From the human T2T-CHM13v2.0 reference genome, Homo sapiens, in the NCBI RefSeq assembly GCF_009914755.1, contig NC_060927.1: a DNA stretch of 64,000 bases. The stretch is one strand, 5' to 3'. Below, piece by piece: positions 56,694 through 64,000 of the stretch. The notes below the pieces were generated by a model that worked only from the letters and a program-made list of their open reading frames with translations, was not told the origin of the DNA and did not search any database. Every line of letters begins with the position of its first letter. Within the stretch, counting starts at the first letter, position 1. Position numbers and translations under genes: made by a program.

Positions 56694-57784
56694 AAGTAGT
56701 CCTACCTTATCCATGGTTTTGGTTATCTGCAGTCAACCTCAGTTCAGAAGAATGAAATGGAAAATTCCAGAAGCAAATAATTCATACGTTTTAAATTACA
56801 TGCCATACCGCGTATCATCATGATTTCCCAGTATGAAATCATCCCTTTGCCCAGTGCATCCACTGTTTCCACACTCCCCGCCAGTGAGTCACTTGGTAGC
56901 TGTCTCAGTTATCAGATCAACTGTTGCAGCATCGTAGTGCTTGTGTTCAAGTAATCCTTATTTTAATAAAAATGCCTCCAAAGTGCAAGAGTAGAGATGA
57001 TGGCAATTCGGATATGTGAAAAAGAAGCCATAAAGTGTTTCCTTTAAGTGAAAAGGTGAAAGTCTTCGACTTAATAAGGAAAGAAAAAAAATCGTATGCT
57101 GGGGTTGCTAAGATCTATGATAAGAATGAATCTTCTCTTTGTGAAATTGTGAAGAAGAAAAAAGAAATTCATGCTAGTTTTGCTGTTGCATCTCAAACTG
57201 CAAAAATTATGGCCATCCATTGTGTGCCAAGTGCTTAGTTAAATGGAAAAGGTATTACATTTATTGGTGGAAGACATGAAGAGAAAATGTGTTCTGATTG
57301 ATGGCAATGTTAGGCCAAAAAGCATTCAGCTACATGAAGACTTCAGCAAGGGATCCCCTAAAACTAGTGACATCAAGCCATTTACTGCAAGTAAGGGATG
57401 GTTAAACGGATTCAGGAGTACAGAAGGTCAATGGTAGCTTATTGCTGTCACAATGACTACATCATTCACCTCACTTCATCTCATCATGTAGGCAGTGTAT
57501 CATCTTGCATCAACATAAGAAAATATGTACAATACAATATTTGGGAGAGAGGCCACATTCACATAACTCTTTTTACAGTGTATCATTACAGTTGTTCTAT
57601 GTTATTATTAGTTATTATTGTTAATCTCTTACTATGTTTAATATATAAATTAAACTTTATTATAGGTATGTATGTATAGGAAAAAAAACATAGTTTACAT
57701 AGGAGTTCGGTACACTCCATGGTTTCAGGCATCTACCTGGGGAGTCTTGGAAAGTGTTCCCCCAGGATAAGGCGGGGGCTAGTG
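56694..57784 (+). mobile_element. Tigger4 (Zombi)-type TcMar DNA transposon, internally deleted
   Basis: TIRs 'agtagtcctaccttatcc' / 'ggataaggcgggggctagtg' followed by TA; ORFs 57035..57238 and 57243..57437 encode CENP-B/pogo-like HTH segments (LSEKVKVFDLI..SYAGVAKIY; FTASKGWLNGFR). Confidence 0.88.
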
Positions 57785-57834
57785 TACAATAAAAAGCAGT
57801 ATTTATTAAGCACATAAACATTCTTTCAGATCTA

Positions 57835-58102
57835 TTATTCATTTATTTAAATTTGTAAACATTTATAGGGTACAGGTGCAATTCTGTTACATGCATAGAT
57901 CATGCAGTGGTCAAGTCAGGGCTTTTAAGGGTATTCATCACCCAAATAATGTACATTGTACCCATTAAGTAATTTCTCAGTACAGAATTTCTCACATTCA
58001 CCCTCCCAACCCTTCACCCTTCTGAGTCTCTACCATCTATCATTCCACTCTCTATGGCCATGTGTTCACATTTTTTAGCAGTCACTTAGGAGTGAGAACA
58101 TG
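57835..58102 (-). mobile_element. L1PB/L1MA 3' end
   Basis: 'gggtacaggtgcaattctgttacatgcatag...ctatcattccactctcta...gagtgagaacatg'. Confidence 0.85.
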
Positions 58103-59072
58103 AACTCCCTAGACCTCTCAGTGGACACTTTCCTGCTATCTTGGCCACTAGTTTTGCCAGTTAGGCTCTAAAATATAAGGACAGCCTTAGACTCCTAGAG
58201 TACATATTTTTCTTTTAAAATTGGTACTTCATTTACATAATAATACAAAAACTTTTCATTCCTGTGATTACATAAGTCAGCATAAACTATTTTTCATGAG
58301 TCACTATATGGAAGTAAACCAACGTCTAATCCCATGATCCAAATCAACGCAGTTATTTTCACCAGACTTCAAAGGCTGTCTTTGCACATCTTCTATGTAG
58401 AGTTGGATGAAGCTAATATAGAAGTTGAGAGAGTCAGAATCTCTTTCTAAGGCCTTTGTATATGATGTTGTTTTTGCCTGAAATGCCCTTACTCTGCCCC
58501 TCCAACCCCCACTCCCAGTCTTCTTCATTCTTCAAGATCAAGCTCATTTTTCACTGCTTCTGGGCTCCCAAGCAGAACCAGACACTCCTCTCTTGTCCCA
58601 TACTAGAAACCTGCACTGCTGGTGGGGAGAGGTGGGGGTGGGGGTAGACCGGGGAGACAAAAGAAGGCATTGAAGGGGTTTACATCTTGGCTTCCAATAT
58701 GAAGGATGAAGATAAAGAGAATGTTTTGGCTCACACAGCACTCAGGAGTTGTAGGAAGTAAATGCACATGAAGACTGAATCCAGAACTTGGATTTTTAGG
58801 AGTTACCCTATTCTCTTTTCTGTCTGTGTGGCTAACTTTGCTCCAGAGGCTGCAACCACCCCCACACCTGTGAAACCAGGCTGGTCAGTCTAGTGACCTT
58901 GTGTCCAAGATGATAAAGCCTATACTTACACCCCAAATTGCTTTCACTTTCCCATCACTTGATAATTATAAAATAAGTGCAATTTGTTTGGCTAATAATA
59001 GGTCAACACAGTTAGAATGAGCAAGTTCATTGTGGACAGGAACAGGTTTTTCCACAGCAGTAAGCTTCCTTT

Positions 59073-59095
59073 GTTACACCACTAGGTGGTGTAAC
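59073..59095. repeat. Perfect 10-bp inverted repeat with 3-nt spacer (CTCF-like core)
   Basis: gttacaccac-tag-gtggtgtaac. Confidence 0.9.
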
Positions 59096-59245
59096 GTGCT
59101 CCTGATTTAAGGGATTCACTTATTAAGCAGTTTTCAAGCTGGCCCTGTTCTAGATGTTTGAGATACAAAGATGCACAAGACTCTTAGGAGGTCAAAGTGT
59201 GGTGTATATAGTTTCAGATTTACAGAAAAGTTGTAAGGCTAGTAA

Positions 59246-59788
<543 letters not shown>

Positions 59789-60424
59789 TAAATGCTGACA
59801 GAATACAAATTACTTACAGAACTTAGATTTTGTCAACTGTCCCAATAATGTTCCCTATAGCCAAAGAAATCCTGGATCATGTGTTGCATTCAGCTGTTAT
59901 GTCTCTGGAGTCTTCTTTAATCAGGGCAGTTCCTTAGTCTTTTATGACACTGAGAAATCAGGCCAGTTATTTTGTATAATATCCTTCAATTTGGGTTTGT
60001 TTGATGTTTCCTTATGCTGAGATTTAGGTATGATGAGCTTTTGTTAGGTAAATCACAGAGTTTTGTGTTTTCAGTTTCAGTGCATATCTGGGGGCACATA
60101 ATGTCACTTTGTTCCAATACTGGTAGTATTAACTATGATCACTTGGTTCACGTATGTGGGCCAGGCTTCTGCACTATTTTTTCCTTTGTCATTAATAAAT
60201 CTCTGGTGAGGAGCTACTTTGAGATTATGCATATATCCTTTACACTTCAAACTTTTATCCACTAATTTTAGTAACTACTGATTCTTGCCTGGATCAGATA
60301 TTATGATGATGCCTAGCAAACAGTGGTTTTATATTTCCATCATTCCTTCTACATGTATTGATTGGCTTTCTATTACAAGGAAGAGCATTCCTTTCTCTTC
60401 TGTTTGTTTAATATTTATCCCAGG

Positions 60425-61545
60425 TCTAAGGGAAGAATGTACACTATCTTCACTGCCATTTAACATTGAACTGGAGATACTCACTACTGCAGTTAGTAAA
60501 GAGAAATCAATTGAAGGCAGGAGAACTAGAAAAGAGTGAGTAAAACTCTTTGTCTTTGCAGATGGTATGACAGTACACCTGGAATATCACAGAAAATTAA
60601 CAGCAAAACTAAGTCAAACTAGAGAAGAATTCAATAAGTTGGCAGGACATAAACTTAACATACATAAATCAACAGCCTTCACATACATAATCAGTAACAT
60701 GACATAAAGGTAGAGAAAACTACATTTACAAAAGCAACAAAGAATAATAAATTTAACAAGAAATTTGTAAAATATATATGAAGAAAACTTTAAAACACTC
60801 TCAAAAGACATGAAATAGTTTGAAAAACTGGAACACCACTTTTTTTTTTTGTATGTGATGACTTAACATTAAAAACTAAAGTCTCCTTAAGTTAATTTTC
60901 AAAGTTCATTAAAAAAATACCAGTTTTCTTATGGAGCTAGGCAAGCTGATACTAATTTCAGGTGGAAAAATATGGAAGAATATCCAGGAAAACAAAAATA
61001 AAAGCTATGAAAGGGGACTACATCTACCAGTCACTAAAACATATTCTAAGGCCTCTAAAATAAAAACAGTGGTCCTTGTGCATGACAAGAAAGAGCAGTA
61101 CAACCGAAAAGAAAGTCCAGAAGTAAACCCAAATACATATGGGAATTTAGTATGCAATAAAGGTGGCATCTCAAATCACTTGGACAAAGATGGACTTAAC
61201 AATTGGTTAGCCATTTAGAAAAAGATAAAAAGTTTGATCCATACCTCATACTAGGCAAAAGAATAAACTCCAAATGGGTCAGGAATCTAAATCTAAATAA
61301 TGAAACCATACAAGTACTAGAAAAAAAAATGGGTGAATTCTTCTTTAACCTGGGTACAAGGAAAGGATTTCTAATTATGTTTCAAAATCCAGATGCAATA
61401 AAAGAAAAAATTGATAAATTTGACTATATTCTAAAAAAAACCCTTTTCATGACAAAACAAATAAGCCAAAAACTTCATAAAGACAAAAGACAACTGTGAA
61501 ACTGGGAGAAAAAGGGTAATACCCCATTAATGTACTGTTAAAATT
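60425..61545 (+). mobile_element. Old L1M ORF2 (RT and downstream) fragments
   Basis: Decayed RT motifs: PFNIELEILTTAVSKEKSIEG, and 'tttgcagatggtatgacagtacacctgga' (FADDM-like). Confidence 0.8.
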
Positions 61546-62222
61546 GAGACGAAAGACTTCTTTTGTGCTTAGGATATGAAAAGCTGCAATGAACATCTTT
61601 CCTTTCTCAATAATGAGAAAAACTCAGATGAACTACAAAGTCACAACCTTAACTGAAACCATCAGACACAGCTGGGTTGCAAGGTAACCAGGTAGCCTGA
61701 ACTCCTGGGAAGGGCAAGCCCCCAAGGAGAAGTTCTCAGGCATGCACAGGGGAGTTGGCACTGACTAAAAAGCTCTTTCCTGTGTCCTTCTCTGGATGCT
61801 CAGTTTGGTGGGTACATTACCTTTTTACCTTTTTTTTTTCTGTAGGTTTCACATTTCTATAATAATTTTTTGAAGCCCTGAGAATTAAAGCAAGTTTCCA
61901 CACTCCTAGAACCAGTTTTAAACCCATTCAATTAATCAACTGCCTCAGTAAAACTTGTTTTGAAAAACCCCTCCTTTCTCAAAGTCAGCCAATGACAGGT
62001 TCACTCCAATAAATTCAGTGGAGAATTAATAACAGTCTTACCAGAATATCTACTCTTCTACAGGTGATGGCAAACCCTTTTGCCTCTGAAATGCACCTAT
62101 TCCTGAACTCTGTATTCCCCAAAGCTCCATAGAGCATCAGCAGCCAGCTCTGCTTGGGGAGACTGTGCCGACCCAGCATAGCTTTTCCTTATTAGAGTAC
62201 ACAGTAAATCCAGTTTCGTTGC

Positions 62223-62514
62223 TTTTTTTTATTTTTATTTTTTTTGAGGCAGGGTCTTGCTATGTCACACAGGCTGGAGTGCAGTGGTGCAATCACGGCT
62301 GACTGCAGCTTCTATTTCCTGGGCTCAAGTGATTCTCCCACCTCAGCTGGGGCTACAGGCGCATGTCACCACACCTGGCTAAGTTTTGTATTTTTGGAGA
62401 GATGAGGTTTCGCCATGTTGCCCAGGCTGGTCTCCAATTCCTGAGTATAAGCAATATCCCCACCTCAGCCTCCCAGAGTGTTGGGTTTCCAGGTGTGAAC
62501 CACGGTGCCTGGCC
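62223..62514 (-). mobile_element. AluJ with small internal deletion
   Basis: J-type body; degenerate TSD cagtttYgttKctttt. Confidence 0.95.
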
Positions 62515-62744
62515 CAGTTTTGTTTCTTTTAGTTCAAATATTGATGGTTGACTCATAATTCCTTGACAAACCAAAGCTCCAAACTAACTAAAAAGATCAT
62601 TTTGATTGTTGTGCGGGCAACATATCATAGAAATGCAACAACGGAAGTAGAGAGACCAATTGAGGCTGTTGAAAATCTTGCGTGAGAAGCAAACCCCTGG
62701 AGTTATAAAATAAAAAGAGAGTTTGGCATTAGAAACTATATGGA

Positions 62745-63050
62745 AATATTACCGTAAACAGAGTCAAAATAAATATATGCAGCTCCTATCAGCAACAAAG
62801 AGCCTATTTAATCAATAAGAAAAAGCCTCAATAATTCATCTGGAAAAATAAGCAAAGGATATGAAGATTATTCCTAGAACAAATATAAGTGGCTGTTAAT
62901 CACATAAAAGAGGTTCAATATTCCTCAATATAATAGAAATATAAATTGAGACTGCACTATGATAGCAAATTTTCACTGATCATATTTGCAAAGACCAAAA
63001 ATCTGGTAACAAGCTTGATTAGGATGGTGTGGCAAACAGACTGTTTCCAA
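62745..63050 (+). mobile_element. L1ME fragment
   Basis: 'aatcaataagaaaaag...ggaaaaataagcaaaggatatgaa'. Confidence 0.65.
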
Positions 63051-63299
63051 GATCGTCCTCAAGAATAAGAACAATTTCTAGGCCACACTGCTGGGCTGAA
63101 AGGAAGAAAAACAACTGTGTGTAGTAACTCTGGAAGGATGCAAAATAATCTGATAATGATGATTACTTCCCAAGAGTACTGGGTATAGGGAGGCAGGAAA
63201 GACTCGCTTTGAACTTTATTCTCTTTGGTACTGTTTGAATGATATACACCAGATGTATCTCTCATCAAAATTAAGCAAAATAAAACAATTTAAAGAGTC

Positions 63300-63670
63300 T
63301 GTTGTGATTGTCTGGGAGAGATCATTCTGGTAAGAGGAGTAGTGATGGAGAACATGCACAATGAGGGTATATTTTGGAAGAGAGTTGACAAGACATGCTG
63401 AGGGAGTAGATGTAGGAGATGAAGTAAGCCATCAAGGATGACTGCTAGACTTGCGGATAGCAAGTGGTAGAGAGATGTCCCATTTACTTTGCTAAGGAAC
63501 ACTTAGGGAGGAATAGGTATAGCATGGGTGAGAGAACTCAAGGATTCTGTTTTAAATGTGATAAGTTTGAGATGCCTATTAGTCATCCACATCATCCACG
63601 TGATATCAAATAAACAGTTGGAATGGTAGTCTTAGGCTGAAGAAAGGAGTCTGGAATGAAGGTATTTTAG
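63300..63670 (-). mobile_element. L2 fragment
   Basis: 'tatattttggaag...tcaaggatgact...taagtttgagatgcctattagtcatcca'. Confidence 0.75.
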
Positions 63671-63687
63671 AGGCAACAGCATATAAA

Positions 63688-63782
63688 TCCACACTGATAA
63701 ACAGAAATACAATGTAAGCCACATAGGTAATTTTACATTTTCTAGCAGCCACATAAAAAGTAAAAATGGGTGGAATTAGTTT
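63688..63782. mobile_element. MER33-like hAT MITE fragment
   Basis: 'agaaatacaatgtaagccacataggtaattttacattttctagcagccacat'. Confidence 0.7.
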
Positions 63783-63806
63783 ACACACACACATATATAT
63801 ATATAA

Positions 63807-64000
<194 letters not shown>

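Overview
This window is primate (human-like) non-coding genomic DNA, dominated by interspersed repeats. I count 19 Alu copies or fragments (J, S and Y types, one FLAM), one 5'-truncated young L1PA, many old L1M, L2, MIR and CR1/L3 relics, MaLR/ERVL/ERV1 solo LTRs (MLT1, MST, MLT2, MER51A, MER68) and DNA-transposon fossils (MER3, MER5A, MER33, MER81, Tigger4). I found no credible host protein-coding exon, RNA gene, CpG island or CRISPR array. The only recognisable protein sequences are the L1 ORF2p C-terminus and a decayed Tigger transposase N-terminus. I did not find a new biological system. The most unusual observations are structural: a ~100-bp duplication bracketing an AluJ whose second copy was hit again by an L1 at the equivalent site, a tail-to-tail inverted AluJ pair with both tails lost, a strong Alu strand skew (16 of 19 on the minus strand), and a palindromic CTCF-like site. 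Subfamily names come from recalled consensus sequences rather than alignment, and boundaries of old elements are approximate.
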